Assembly: GCF_009834535.1 (NCBI RefSeq)
Contig: NC_045696.1
Coordinates: 100,504,001 to 100,568,000, forward strand
Direction: 5' to 3'
DNA: 64,000 bases
DNA from: Camelus ferus
Taxonomy: Eukaryota
Shown piece after piece: positions 14,195-28,749 of this stretch. Positions within the stretch are counted from its first letter, which is position 1, and each line of letters opens with the position of its first letter. The translations under genes were made by a program, and so were the position numbers. A model generated the notes under the pieces. That model saw only the letters and a list, made by a program, of their open reading frames with translations, searched no databases and was not told the DNA's origin.

Positions 14195-15570
14195 AATAAT
14201 AAAGCAGTGTAGGATTGCCAGGAAGAACGTGTGAGGAACTCTGGAAATCTGTCTCCGAAAGGGATACATTTTACGCTGGTCAAAACTAGCAAAGATAATT
14301 ATTCAAAGTTTTTAGAGATGACCAAACAGCTTACTACAAGTTGAAAAGCATTCATTCAACAAAATGTATGGAAACTCTGTAAGAACAGTGGAAGGCCATG
14401 GCACTGATGATACAAACTGCACCTGTCACCCAACAGCTGCGCCTAGAGAAGAGCTGCTTCAGCTGTTTCTGCAGCTGAGCGGGGGTTACCATCTTCCACA
14501 GCTTCCTGGGTGGGGAGAGGTAGTCATGGTGGTTTCAGCATCCCAACAGCTCCCAGCGCCCTCAGCTTCTTAGTGTAGGAGACCTATTCTGGTAAATTTG
14601 GCAGCCAATGAATACTGGAAGGTCTCATCCTCCACGATTCCGGGCTGTAGAAAGTCTGTACTAAGTGGCACCAGTTACCACCTTTACAGTCCTACAGCGC
14701 CTGTTCCATAGGGAGGATCCAAATAAGGAAGCAGTGAAAAACAATTTTCTGTTCCTGACCTTTACTTCTGCTCCATAGTGCAGAGAATCTGCCCAGGGGA
14801 GAGTCAAAGAAAAGGGCTAAGAAGCCTGACTCCAGTTGATTCTGACCATGGAGCAATTTATGATCCAGAGGGTTGTCAAAAACAACAGTCTAACAGCTGT
14901 TAAGTAGAGACAAAGACCAGTTAGAAGTCTAAAGAGGAGATCAGGAAGAGTTCAGGAATGCTAAGCTAATAAACAAGTTTCTTCTGTACAGCACAGGTAA
15001 CTATATTCAATATCTTGTAAAAACTTATAATGAAAAAGAATATGAAATGAATATATGTATGTATACATATGACTGAAACACTATGCTGTACACCAGAAAT
15101 TGACACAACATTGTAAACTGACTATACTGCAATTAAAAAAAATAAGAATGCTAAGCTAAAATCACAAACATTGCTAATGGTCAGAAAGACTGCGTGCATG
15201 CCCTAGGCTGTGTCCTTTGATGAGTGACATCAGAGGCTGCACAATGCAAGAAAAATAGATCCACTGTCTATTCCAGCCAGGTCACTCAGCAAGTAAACAA
15301 GCAAACATATATGACAGAAAGCCTAAAGTCAAGATATATCAGTATCACAAATTATTACAATATATTAATTATAATTTTCAGTTTTCCATAAAAATATTAT
15401 GAGACACTAAAAGAAATAGGAAAATATTTCTATGAAACAGGCAAGAGAAACTGCCTTTGGGGGTTCAGATGTTGACATTAGCAGGCAAAGACTTCAAAGC
15501 AGCTATTAGAAGTATGTACAGAGATCTAAAAAAAATTGGTTGAGAAATTAAAGAAAGCTTTTATGAGAAT
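14195..15570 (+). mobile_element. Old L1 5' region (5' UTR into ORF1 start), interrupted by a younger L1 fragment
   Basis: cagatgttgacattagcaggcaaagacttcaaagcagctatt at 15467-15508 resembles the L1M ORF1 N-terminus; the upstream sequence is 5' UTR-like. Confidence 0.65.
14970..15145 (+). mobile_element. Short L1 3'-end insertion with 14-bp TSD
   Basis: Exact flanking repeat GAATGCTAAGCTAA at 14956-14969 and 15146-15159; L1 3' UTR terminus with A tail. Confidence 0.92.
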
Positions 15571-16794
15571 AGCTCCAAAATATTATCTCATCTTGGGGAA
15601 AATAATTATGTTTGGTCTTTATATTGATGTGTTTTTGGGGGGTGGGGGGATATCAATTCAGAACTGTCATCAGTGATCCATTGCTTTCATGTGACTTATT
15701 AAAAGCATTTCTTTCTCTTGGTTGCGTGGCTTGGCATTCAGGTTGGACTTCTGCCCCCAGACCTCCTGACTTCAAGTCTGCCTGTTGGGTGTATTCGTGC
15801 CATATGCTAATTTCATACACCTTTGATGTGGCTCTGGGATCAGAACTTTGTCCTACTCATTACATTTTATATTCCTTTATTTAGTAAAGATATCAGAAAT
15901 CCATTCCAAGGAAAATGATCTGTGCCAGATGCTCTGGAGGACATAGACATTCTCCTGAAGGTGTTCAATCTGCAGTGACAGACAATGAAGACCAAAAACT
16001 TTTAAGACCGTGCATGTACAATTTGGATTGTACACATAGTGTCTCAGGAACAAAGAGGAGATCAAAACTGCTTCTAAGTGGGGAAATTCTAAAGGAGGAA
16101 GAGATAGTGTGGTTTTGTGGTGGTTGTTGAATAAATCACTCCCATATTTCAGTAGCCAGCATGTCTTCTCAGCTGTGAAATTGGCCTCCTAATTAATCTC
16201 GCTACATACAGTTTCTCCCTGATTCAAATCATCCTCTACCTTCCTGCTAGGTTCATTTTCTAAAATACAAATCAGGTTGTGTTACTCAAATGCTTAAAAT
16301 TCTCTATTGCTTCTCCATTTCCTTCAAGATACAGTGGAAATTGCTCTGTTGGAATTTCTTCCTACTTATCTTTCAGGCCTCCTCTGGGTACTGTGCAGAA
16401 CTGTCTGACAGTGACCTTGGGGTCTCATTCCAAGCTGCTTGGACAGGGAACCAGCGGGCAACCATGGCCCCTTATCCTAGCAGGAGGGGCTGCACCCACA
16501 TTCTGAGATCTCTGGATGCCAAGTTCCTCATGGAGCATCTGAAATTCCAAGGCAGCTCCTACAAACAAATGATGGAACCTAAAGCCGGCCTCATCAGTTG
16601 GCTTGCTCTTTTCTGATAAATAAGGTTTCTTTATCATCCTTTTGTTTCTGCTGCTGTAAATTTCTATAGGATAATTTCCTTTTCCTAGAAAACAAACCAT
16701 GCCTTAGACCCCTGTGGCCCAGCACGCCTTCCAGCAGGGATGATACAAGACGACAACACTGTACTTTTTCTCACTGGAGAAGCCGCATTTAGTT

Positions 16795-17190
16795 GTCAGT
16801 TTTTGCTGGTTAAGCTGCACTGACACATATGCCCCGAATCTCAGCAACCTGTAAAACCGCGGTGTATTACTTACTCATGTTCAGAAGTGGTTGCTGTGAG
16901 TTGGCTGTGGCCCTATTCCTCTCGTCTTCTTGTTACAAAATCCAGGCTGAGGGAGCTGTCACTTTCCAGGATATACTTTTTTTTATGGCCAGGAAAAAAG
17001 AGCACAGGAACAGGCAGAAATGGTTCTCAAGGATTCTGCACAGCTGTGGAATGTGTCACATTTGCTCCAACACTGCTGGCCAGGACAGTGAGGGTGAGGG
17101 CTTGTAATTTCACGGGAGGTCCTGGATATCATGTGGCAATGGTGGGTTATATAACCTTTTACTGGAAGAAAGAGCAAATATTTTGGAACA
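16795..17190. mobile_element. Old MaLR (MLT1-like) LTR
   Basis: MLT1-like phrases (ccccgaatctcagcaacc, caggctgagggagc, ttttggaacaatgataaaat); heavily diverged. Confidence 0.45.
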
Positions 17191-18689
17191 ATGATAAAAT
17201 TGACTACAGTTGCTCTGTATTATTTTCGCATTTACTGTTATACCGCTAGGCAATTGTACTTAAAAAGTAGCATGTCTTTTACTTTTTAAATTATACATAT
17301 GAAATACACAGAGCAGAAAAAAATACTTTTAAAGTTAGGAATGGCGATGATATTTATTAGATTCACTTTGGGGGATAAGGAGAGGTTTATTTGTCCCTTT
17401 TAAAAAAGTTTACCTATAAATCACCATAATCATATTGTTGGTTGAACAAACAAGAAAGTTAGTACTATTTGTGAATTTCCAATAAACTCCCAGTAAGAAA
17501 ATCTCATTAAAAAGAGATCTGAACCAGGAAGACAAAATTTAGAAATCAAAACACCTCAAAACCAAAATAACTCCAACTAGTTTTACTTGGGAACTAATTA
17601 GAATTTGGCCTTGAGATCCACAAAAATGTATGTTTCCTAGATATCCCTGTGCTTGTTCAAAGATAGTTTCTGTATGTAGACACATTAATCAGTACTAAAA
17701 AGACTATTTTAACATATTGTGTAATAATCTTAATTTGTAAGCTTCTGTTAAACGATGTTATTTTACAGTTGTAGAGAACTAGTTTATAATGTTCTTTTAA
17801 CCTACAGTTCAGTTGTGTAATCATGCTTTAAATTGAATATATAATTCTATTTATTCCACAGCCTACATATATTGCAGTGGAAATAAGTATTACATGCAGT
17901 TCAAGTTAATAGTTCCATGTTTATATCGGTGTGTAGGTGTTTTGGTCTTGACAGAAATGTTTGAGATTTAATATCAATATTTCCCTCTAATGATGTCTAG
18001 TATAAAACCAGATGGAAGACATCACATGGGTCCCACTGAATGTTCTGGATATTTGCCCTTTTCTTTCATAAACACCTTGTATAAATATAACACCCAAGAT
18101 GTGAAATTTCTGTATGTATATTTAGCTAACACAGGAAACACAGAAAAGGTACTGAAATGTTTGGATCAAGCTTATAGGCTATTGTCTACATGTGGACAGG
18201 TCCTGTCTTGGAGATTAGCATGGAATTACCCATTTTATATGTAACCTTCAGACAATTATCATTTTTTTTTTTTTATTTTCGAAGGTGGTATTTCAAAACT
18301 GTGACTAGAATCTATGTATTTGTCTGAAGAGCTGAAGTACTTATGGTCATATTTTCTACACTAACCCCATGTGAACCAGACTTAGTATATAAAGCTAAAT
18401 TTCAAGGTAATTGTTATTATGGCATTGTTTTTGTCGAGAAACGACAATCCAGTAACTTTCAGCTATAGAATTCTGCATTCATATATGGCAATTTATTTAT
18501 TTAGAATAAATAAGTCCAAATGACAGAACATTTATTTTGTATGAAGAGTATATTTGTTTTTTCTCTGTGGGCAAACAAAAGAGTAAAACCGTATATCAGA
18601 AGGCCATTTCACAATCATGGAATAAGAATAAGATTTGAATAAATAAAATATATAATGACTTCATTTTAAAACAATTTCTTTAATACTTC

Positions 18690-19150
18690 TGAGAATAGAA
18701 TTAGCGTCCTCTGTGCTTTTCAGCTATTAGCTCACTTAATCCTCATGATAATCCTATAAGGTAGTGTCTGTCTTAAAGATAAGAAAATTAAGGCACAGAT
18801 GATTGAATTACTCACCCAAGGTTACAGTAACGGTGGAACCAAGACTTGAGATCAGGCAGCCTGGACTAAAGTAAATACCCCCTGCCGCCCCTCTGAGAAT
18901 CTGACATATCTATCTTATAAGAAATAATAATAAATGAATATGGTGAAACACTGAATTCTTAATGGATGCAGGCGTTTTTATAACAGCTTTATTTGTATTA
19001 TTTCATTTACTTGTCGTAACTATCCCATGAGGTAGGTACTAGTAGCATCAGAAAACTAAGGTACAGAGAGGTGGAATAAATTGCCCAGCATTGCACAGTA
19101 GGCAGTGGTCAAGTTTCAAGGCTGGGCAGTCTGACAAGAGACTGTAGACT
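18690..19150 (-). mobile_element. Two adjacent MIR fragments
   Basis: MIR core-like ttaatcctcatgataatcctataaggtag / gaaaattaaggcacaga / cccaaggttacag, and a second copy aactatcccatgaggtaggtact...gaaaactaaggtacagagagg. Confidence 0.7.
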
Positions 19151-20296
19151 CTTGAGAATGCTCTTCCCAAAGGGACCAGAATCCTCAAAGACACTTGGCT
19201 ACAGTCCCCTGCAAAGGGGAATGCTGGTTCTTTTCCCCAGATAGTGCTTTCATGAGAACTGTCATCAATGGCTTTCCCCACCTATTTCCATAGTTTCTGA
19301 ACAGTTCTTCTAAAGACATGCTTCTTCTTTGCATGTGTTAATACATGATATCTAGTTTGAGCTCTAACGGACCTGATACAACCCACTAGTGATGAGATGA
19401 ATGGCTATTACACACTAGGGGGCAATTTTTGTTTTCCTTAAGCAAAGAAGTTCAATACCCTGCTAAATCTGCTTAACTATGCTAAGGGTTCTCCCAGCCT
19501 TAAAAATCTATAATAGGTCTTATTTAAGAATATAGTTTCTTATAATGTAATTATTAACTTAACCTGTTATTTAGTCCATCCTGAAAAATTATTTTAGGCT
19601 CATGGTTAATAACTGAAGAAATAAAGCATTTGACTATTTTATTGTAGAATTATTTAGCTATTTAAATATATGTATAAGTTAATGTGTTAGATCAGAACAA
19701 ATAAATCAGAAGAAATAGTAAGTAAAATAAATTTCCTATGTGTAGATTATACACAGCAAAATTCCCACAAATATTGGTTTGATTTATAGCAACCGGGAGT
19801 AACATACAGAAAAATATGTAACCATATGCATGTTTATAACCATTAAATTTTTATACAATTTCACAAAACAATTCTATGTTTATCTAATATGGAACTCTTA
19901 AAATTTGAAATATATAGTGATTTTTTTTGCTGTATCACTGTTTTTCATTCACTAAATCTCCCCCCATTGTATTTTGTCTTACGTTGAATTTAATTTCATC
20001 TTTCATTTAAATAACATTTTATCTTAAATTATAAACAGTTATTGTTCTGGACTTGGCTTTGCAGTGTGTGTAAACATTTGAGTAATTTTATGTCTAGAAC
20101 TCCTGTTTGGAGCATGTAAAAAAATCTTTTAATAAAACATCACTGTTGCTGTTGATTGTAACAACAAGAACATAAGGTATAGAGAACCACATGGTTGAAA
20201 AACTCGTGGCCAAATGGTCAGGAGGTAACATCATGTTGACCAAAGAACTGTGAACTGGATGGCAGAACTCCACCTGAAAGTAAATCCAACGGTGGT

Positions 20297-20435
20297 GGGG
20301 AGAGGTTATAGCTCAGGGGGAGAGTGTGTGCTTAGCATGCATGAGGTCCTGGGTTCAATCCCAAGTACCTCCATTAAAAAATAAATAAACTCACCCTCCC
20401 CGGCAAACAAAACAAAACAAAACAAACAAAAAACA
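20297..20435 (+). mobile_element. tRNA-derived SINE, camelid vic-1 type
   Basis: A-box tagctcagggg, B-box ggttcaatcc, A-rich tail; flanking repeat TAAATCCAAC at 20281-20290 and 20436-20445. Confidence 0.9.
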
Positions 20436-20788
20436 TAAATCCAACTAGATGGTTACAAAATTCAGTTCCCGTCTTTGGGATCAGGCAGTTTGTGAACAAA
20501 AATGAGAGGACTGAACTACCTAACTTCAGTGACATATTCCAAAATGATATATCTGTGATTTTCTTAATTTCTGTGATTTATTTTATGAAATGAAGAAAAT
20601 TTACCTTTAGAATTATTTTCAGATCTTGAAAGTTAAAATCTGTCAATCTTATAATCATATTAGCAATCTACGAGTTTGTATATATCCCAAGAAAGTAAAG
20701 AAAAATTGACTTAACGTCTCTGATTGTTCCCCAGTTTTCTTATTCCTACAACCCTATGTCATAATCCCATTTTAACTTTTTCCTTCAC

Positions 20789-20864
20789 AATTTATGATAG
20801 TATGATATTTGATTAAATATGGCATAAAAATTTATGATAGTATGATATTTGATTAAATATGGCA
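20789..20864. repeat. Exact 36-bp direct repeat with 40-bp period
   Basis: AATTTATGATAGTATGATATTTGATTAAATATGGCA at 20789-20824 and 20829-20864, separated by TAAA. Confidence 0.95.
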
Positions 20865-21599
20865 AATAACCTACACATGTAGATACAAAATACTCATAAC
20901 ATGGATATTTTTTCTTTTCTAAGGATCTCATATTGATATGTCTATTCATGGAATAGGGAATGACCGCACTTATTCAAATAATTTTTCTTTCCACAGTGTC
21001 ATAAATTAAAACAAACATTACAAAAATACAAAATCAAAATTCCAGTTAGAACACATTTAAGGAAGTTATTGTTATGTAATCAACTATTTCTAATGGAAGA
21101 ATCCAGTATTATTGTGTAACAAATTTTATCTTCTAGAATATGTTTTAAATTATTTTTTATTAAAATAAGCTTGTATTCATTTACTTACTTTTCATTCTCT
21201 TGATTTAATACTCTGCTTCTTTTCTCTTCTCATCTAATAGAATATTAAATGTGGAAAGATGATTAACCAAAGCAGTCTGAAAAATGGCAAAGTATAGAAT
21301 TATGACAAATGTAGATATTATCAAACTAGAAAATTAGTAAATTCTAAAAAAAGCTTTGTATATTTATATGCAAAAGTGAATGGTTTAATTTGTTTAATTG
21401 TAAAATTCTTTAAACATTTTCACTATAATCTAATGCAGAGACCTTGTCTAATTATACGACATAGTTAAACAAGTTATTTCTTTGACCCTGTTTTGCACAG
21501 ATAAGGCAAGAACTTTGTTTCCAGGCAGGACTTTGAGTTAATGTTTACATTACAAATAAATTATAGATACATTTAGAATTACTTAAAACTAACAATATA

Positions 21600-22680
21600 C
21601 ATCTTTTATAGTTTTAAGTTGTTATAAACTATATCAAAGAAACAAAAATATGCATAATATATGTTTATGGTTTAAAAATAATAATGAAAGACCATCCTTG
21701 TAATTGCCACCTGCTAAAAATAACAGAACATGATGTATCTATGAATCCTCTGTTTGCCCCTCTTTATTCTGTCTGCCTTCCTACCTCCTACAGTTCCTGA
21801 ATTTTGTGTTTATTATTCTCTTGCTTTAAAAAACATAGTGTTACATGTATCAATGTATCCCTAACACTATACCAATTATTTGCCTCCTTTATAAACTTTA
21901 TAGAAGTGGAATTGTACTTTAAGTATTATTAGCTGATATGTTTTTCTTTTTGCTCAATAGTGTATTTTTGTTATTAATGGATGAGGTTCTAATCTAAGTT
22001 ACATTGTTGTATCCCATTATGAACTCTACCACATTTTATTTACCCATTTCTCTGTCGATGGAAGATTGGGTTATTTCAAATGTTAGTCCTTCCAAATGGT
22101 GCTGCTGTGAACACTGTTGCAATTTTCTGTAGGGTGGACAACCAGGAATGGAGTTTCTGGGCCATATCACATTCAAATCTTTAGATTTACTAAATAATGC
22201 AAAATTTATTTCCATTGGGGTTATATAAATAAATTCATCCACTAGCAGTTTGTGAGTACTTTTTCATGACATTGTAATTCTTGGTATCTAATAAGTACAG
22301 AATTTTTATCTCATGATTCTAACTTATTTTCCCCTGCTTACTAATTCTCTGAAATATCTCAACTTGAAAAAAATCACTATTGGGTTATTATTATTATTAT
22401 TGTTACTGAACTCACGCATTTAAAAAATATTTTAAACATCCACCCATTGCCTGAGTTCTATGTGTTGTCAACATCTTTCTTTTATGGCTTATCTTTTTAC
22501 TTCTTTATGATACTCTCTTGTTCAGCAAAAGTTCTTCATTCTAATGTGTTAAGTTTCTTTATCATTTGCATTATTTGTCACTTGTTTAAGAAATTTATAC
22601 TAAGTTTTACTCTTTCTATATTTCTGTCTCTGTCTATCTCTCTCATGTTCATGGTTTGGAGGCATTTCATTTTCTAGTTC
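21600..22680 (-). mobile_element. Old L1 (L1ME/MC-like) 3' portion
   Basis: cccattatgaactctaccacattttatttacccatttctctgtcgatggaagattggg and gctgctgtgaacact are antisense L1 ORF2-end motifs. Confidence 0.7.
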
Positions 22681-25357
22681 ATCCAACTGACTTTCTTGTT
22701 ATCATCTTGGGAACTACTTTATGTGAGAATCACTAACCAAACTTCACATCGTCCAGAGTCTTAATGCCTTATCTGGTGCCTGCCCTTCTGCTGGTGGATT
22801 AAGATCAAAGCCTTGAGCCACAGGGAATTAGTGGCTTCTGTTCCTGCTTAGCTCACCAAAGTTATGCTTTCTCATCAGTTTTAAATGATTTAAGAAAACC
22901 CATACTCAGCATTTTTAATTGTAGGGTACCTAGAAATTGTCTTAGGTCTACATTTCTGGAAATAAGAATTCTTTTACTAATTTTTAAAAAAAAATATTCA
23001 GAAATAATTCATTTGGTACAGTGTTCATGGATGAAGAAAACTGCATTATCTGTGTATACAAGTTTCTTTTTTTTTTTCAAAATTATTTTCTCACGGTAAT
23101 GTTATTGGGTAACTCAGTCAAAATGCTTGCCATTGCCCTATTCCGTTCATTTATTTCGTAGTGACAGGTAAGCTCTGTACTTTATGACCACAGCCCTGTC
23201 CCTACCATAGTTACTAACATTTTCCTCAAAAATAGCTGGTACATCAGCTGATTTTCACATTATAATGTGGTCCACTGTAAAATCTTCACATCAGAGAAGC
23301 ATGAGCGTTATTGAGGCCAATTAGAGAGACTCTATCTTGGACTTGAACTGGGCAATGTGAAATCAGTCAGTTGTCAGGAATGCAGATGGTAAAGAATTCA
23401 GGGAACACGATTGTGAGCATAATGGTCTACAATGGAAGTGAGACAGCTAGAAAAAAAAAAAAAGCCAAGAGATTAGAAAAAGTTAAACAGAGAAGACAGT
23501 GAATTGATTAATTGCCTCAGAAAACATAGTAGATATACAGAGCAGAGAGTGGCAAATCACTAGAGAGAATAAATATTTCTTAATTTCTGCTCTTAGAGGT
23601 TTGCTAAAGATAACATATTTCCTGAAGTGTCCCTGTAAGCTGAGAGGACACTCATGTCCTGTGCTTGGAAACATGGCTCCTATGAGTATAAAGCAGTGCT
23701 GTCTGTGATAAAAGATCAGTCCTTTATTATTCCAGTTTGTCATAGATTGATGCCTTAATAAATTACAATAAAAATAAAGCAGTTGAAAAATTAAATTAAA
23801 AAAAAGACAAAATTTAAGTCCATATCTTCAAAATTAGATTTAGTAGAAAAGGCACTGCCCTTTCAAGGGGCCTATAAAAGTCTAACTGCTCACTCTCAAT
23901 TTCTGAACTCATCTCACTGACAAGTAGCATTGCCAGGACAGGCACCGTCCGTGGACCACACTCAGAACAGCATGGTTGATGGACTTCATCTGCTCTCTCG
24001 CTGTGCTTCTACCTCTGCACAGGTAGGGAGAGGAGGGGTGTTTCAACGTCTTTGCCTCCAGCTTCACCACTTCCCATGTGAGATTGTCACTCTGTCTTCC
24101 TTTTTATCAAGCTTCATTACATAAACCCAAGGGAAGGGGAGAGGGTGATCAAGACACAGACCCTCATAGTCATTAATTAGCTTTTTCTATTCTTTTGTGT
24201 TGAGTTGGTATTCCTTGAAGTTTAAAAGCTCTGGGAGTCATACCTTGTGTCCTAGGAGGCCTAAGCAACTTACCTGTTTTCTCTCTTTCTGCTCTTTTTC
24301 CATCTCGTTACTACAGTGGTTCCAGTAAACTAGTTCAGAGTCAAATCTCCAGAACCTGCCATGTTTATTTCATGGGAAGGGGAGGAGGAACTCATGTAGG
24401 GCGAAATTCCACATGGAGAGATTGAATCTCATGATTTGGGCAGCTAGTATGAACAGGAATGGCTGGGATCAACTATTACAATTAAGAAAGTATATTTTGG
24501 GTTCAAGACCTCATACTCGGAAAGCATCTGATCTTAGTTAACTGTAATAAACTAAAGGTTTATTTCTGCTTCTCTCTGAATTCACATTTAAATGTGGAGA
24601 GGGAGAGCTTTGTGTAGAAGATCCCTTGAGAAGAGGCTTTCTCGGAATTAAAAAAAAAAAAAAAAAAAAAAAGTCTGACCTCTTCAGATTTGTTTTCGTA
24701 CCGGGTGCTGAGTGAGGATTGTTGTGCTTCTTCAGGGCAAGTCAGGGCTTGCTGTTTCTGGAATAGAGGTGTGGGAAGATGTGAGGCTGTTTTTAGTGGA
24801 TTAATAAAACTAAACCAAGCCCTAAGAATTTAAGGATCCAGGGAAAGTTAAGAATTGGATAAAGCACACTGCAACAGTTACCATTTCATCTTAAGGCACT
24901 GAAGGAGTAAGATCGGGGAGGGCCAAAGCAGAAGCGTTGGGCTGGCAAGCCTTTGATTTTTTTTTGCAAGGTTGTGAAAAATAGCTGGCAAAATTAATGT
25001 CTTGGTAGGAAATTTCTCTCGATAGAGATTAAATTCATAGCTAATGGAAAAGAAGATTGGCAACAAAAGATTGACATCTGAGTAAGGTTAAACCCAAACT
25101 ATAATTTTCTTTTTACTTTCATTTCCCCTGTCTTATTTGGATCTTCTTTAGTCTCCCTATTCTTAAATCTCTTCCATGGCCCATGGAAATGACAAAAATT
25201 ATGGGGAAATAACAAAAATCCTTCTCCTGGAAAATGTGATGTCTGCATGGTTGTGTTTAGTTTTAGATATTGTGCATATAGTGATAAGAGCTGTTGCTGT
25301 GATCCGTTTGTTCTTGTATACTCTTGTGAAGTTGGACGTGTGGAAAGGTTGAGTAGT

Positions 25358-25742
25358 TTTATAGACTGAATTGTGTCCCATCAAACTTCATTTATTATAT
25401 TCCCAAACCTCTGGACCTCAGAACATGACTGTGTTTGGAGATAGGACCTTTAAAGGGGTAATTAAGGCAAAATAAAGTCATATGGGTGGGCCCAAATTCC
25501 GTATGGCTGGTGTCCTTATAAAAAGAGATTAGGACACAGGCACATGTATGGGGAGGACCATGAGAAATACAGGGAGAAGGTGGCCATCTACAAACCAAGG
25601 AGAAAGGCCAGGAAGAAACAAAACTTGCCAAGACCTTGCCCGTGGATTTCTAGGCTCCAGGAATCTAAGAAAATAATTTCTCTTATTTAAGATACACAAC
25701 CTGTGGTATTTCATGATGGCAGCTCTAGCAAGCTAATAAAGG
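25358..25742 (+). mobile_element. MaLR solo LTR (MLT1A/B-like)
   Basis: Starts tatagactgaattgtgtccc; contains tgactgtgtttggagataggacctttaaagggg and gccatctacaaaccaaggaga; ends ggcagctctagcaagctaata. Confidence 0.85.
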
Positions 25743-26245
25743 ACAGATTTAACCTGGAGATGCTTCTATACATAATTCAGTAAAATGTGCCTTGGGCTTC
25801 ACTGCTGAATAACCATACTTGTACTCAGTGTTCAGAGTATTGCTCATTTTGGCTTATACAGAGCAAAATATAAAATTTTGGAGAAGAAAATGTATGTTAA
25901 TTTATTGTGTCATTGAATTCTATTAAGAGATGTGACTTGATTTGGGGATTTTAATGTCTCTCTGGGAGTTCAATATTTAAAGATTCTTTTATTTGAAGTT
26001 TTGAGCATTTGTTATCTTATAAGTAGGTTTGTTGCAAAATCTCTGTGAATTATGTTGGACAACAAGGAAGTTACTTGCCTGATTGTTTATAGTTGAGTAT
26101 TCAGTGGGCCGAATATATAAGAGGGTTGGTAATAAGAAGGATGGGTTCCTGTACCTTAAAGGTCAGCATTCATGTATGATGCCCACTTTCCCCATTCCTG
26201 GCTTCCATGTTTTAAACAGCAAGGTCTGCCTCTGAGAGGTAGCTT

Positions 26246-26720
26246 GTGTATTAGCACCTATCATTGGGTACCAAATTGCACCCACATTTAACCCCTCAAA
26301 ACAGCATGTACTTATCCTTATACAGTTTCTGTGGATCCGGAAGCTGATCTTTGCTTAGCTCGGTCTCTCACAAGTCAGCTGCAGCCTGATGATTTGCTTG
26401 AGGCAGGATCTACTTCCAAGCTCATTCAGTGATTGTTGGCAGGATTCAGTTCCTTATGGGCTGTGGAACTGAGAGCCTCAGTACATCACTGGCTGTTGGA
26501 TGAAGGCCACTCTCAATTCCTTGCCATGTGGATCTCTCTATAGTGCAGTTCACAACATGGCAGCTGGCTTTATTAAAGTGAGCAGAAGAGAGAGTAGGAG
26601 AGCTCCAGCAAGAAGGGAATCCCAGTCTTTTTGTAACTTAATCTTGGAAATGACATACTATCATTTTTGCCATATTCTATTTGCATTCTATTTGTTGGAA
26701 GCTAGGTTGATATGAAATGA
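26246..26720 (-). mobile_element. MaLR LTR (MLT1-like)
   Basis: ggcaggattcagttccttatgggctgtggaactgagagcctcag and cacaacatggcagctggctt. Confidence 0.75.
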
Positions 26721-28749
26721 TGCCCAATTAACAGAGAAGTTCCATTTCTGCAAACCTTGGGCTCTCCTAAATTACTTGCAGAATTCCTTTTTTTTTTTTT
26801 TTTTTTCAGAATCCTCCGTTTTTTTCAAAAAGAAAAAGTCTTATTCTTTTATGATTGATACATCTGAAAATTTCCTTGTTCCTCTGCATCCTCCTTGCAC
26901 TCAGCAGCATAAGGCGACGTGCTGGTTTGAGTCTTCTGGACATGCAACCTACATGGAAATAAGATCTGTCACTTAATAACCGTAGCATCCCCTACTGGCA
27001 ACCTTATTTCACCTGATCCTGTTTTCACTGTTATGAGTAACCCTTTGCATGGTTATGACTTGTACTGAAGCTCTTTCTAGTGCAAAGATGTCATTTTGTC
27101 TTCTTGTTTTAATTCTTGTTAATGTGTTTGTTTGAAGGAGAAAATTGGGTTGCTGCAAAGAAAATGTTAACCTCTGTGATCTCTAAACATAAATAGAATG
27201 GTACATTTTCCAGCATTAACCTAAATGTGTTTGCCAGAAAAATCCAAATCAACTTAACTAATCCATCCTTCCCTCCTTTTTATTTATTCATTCATTTCTT
27301 GTAACAAATCCTGGAAGTCCTCAAATCCTCTTTATTGAATAAATGAAAACAAATAAGATTAAAAAAAAGATACCTTTATGAAATAAGAAATAAAAATGAT
27401 AGATTTGTCTCCTTCCTCCCTGTTTAACATGACCATAAATATGGTACCTGTGAGAAAAATAATTCATAATCATCAGGAGATATTAATATGTTTCAAGTAA
27501 GGTACACCTAAGGCAGAGTTATGTTCCTTTTAAGACAGCTCTGTTTCTCTAGCCATTCTTGTTACAATAGTGTTTCTTTTTCTTTTCTTGGCTTTTCTTT
27601 CTGTTCTGCCTTGAAAGACTGGGAAATGACCATAATAGCTGTTTTCCTTGGGCAGTGAGCAGTGAGTGAATGTTGAGCTCCCTGTGGACTAAGCATTTTG
27701 ATGCAAATTTCCTCAGAAAAAGAAACAGAGCTGCTGATTGCTACAGAACCACTATACCTCGGAGTGGGGAATGCTTCACTGCTCTCTTATCCTGGGGCTG
27801 AGTATTAACTACACTATTGAACAGCAAGTGCTTATCATCCCTACCATTCAGACCACATAAATCTCCAGGAAGAGACAATGTCCCTCCAGGGAGCATAGCT
27901 AGCCCACAAACGTCAAAAAAAAAAAAAAAAAAATCAAACTATATTTAGTCCATAGAACTGCAAAAGCTAAGGTAATTGCAACTATTAGAAAAATATTTTA
28001 TTACCATCATCAAAGCAATTGATTTTCAAGAAAGCTTTGTTTTTTGGGTAAATTTTACATTTTACAAAAAATGATTTTGAGTATATAAATGGAAACATTG
28101 TATAATTCTGTGTATATATTTCACTTACTTTTTTTCTTATTGCATTACCAAATTATTCTTGGGTACCTACTAGATGTATGGAAAACTCTTGAGATGGACC
28201 GGAAAGAAGTGTGAAACTGGGTTCTACTCTCTAAGATTACAGTTTCCTGCAACCTTTGTAGTTGTTCTTAACAGCAAGAGGCTCTGAAGGATCAAGGAGA
28301 AAGATTAAGTTCTTCAGTTTCCAGTTCTCACAGTGGAGTAATGGAAATAATAAGTTTTGAGAATCAGACAGAATTGTTACTTTTATTATTAAAAAATTAT
28401 TTTAAAAATTCACCCAGTCTTCCAGATGTCATCACAACCTGCATGTCCCACACCACTTTTTCATGACCTTGTCATATATTGATCTCTGTGCAGTAGTAGA
28501 ATTTTGGTTTTGCATCAGAGTAAAATAAACCCATTACATCTGGAACATAAAAAATGTTCTATTTTAGTGCATTTATTTTTAACTGATATTTTATTGAAAT
28601 AGAATAAAATATGCACAGTAATACTCTATCAGTATAAAATTAGAGAATTTAAATGAACTTATCTTGTGCTCAGACCATAACCCTATTCCCAGAAGCAACA
28701 TTTATTTTAACATTTTTATTTGGCTATTATTTTAGAACAGGTCATCACA

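Noticed and set aside
26788..26850. T-run as the poly-A tail of a minus-strand processed pseudogene
   Set aside because: No TSD or recognisable parent mRNA found; only a variant AATAAG signal.
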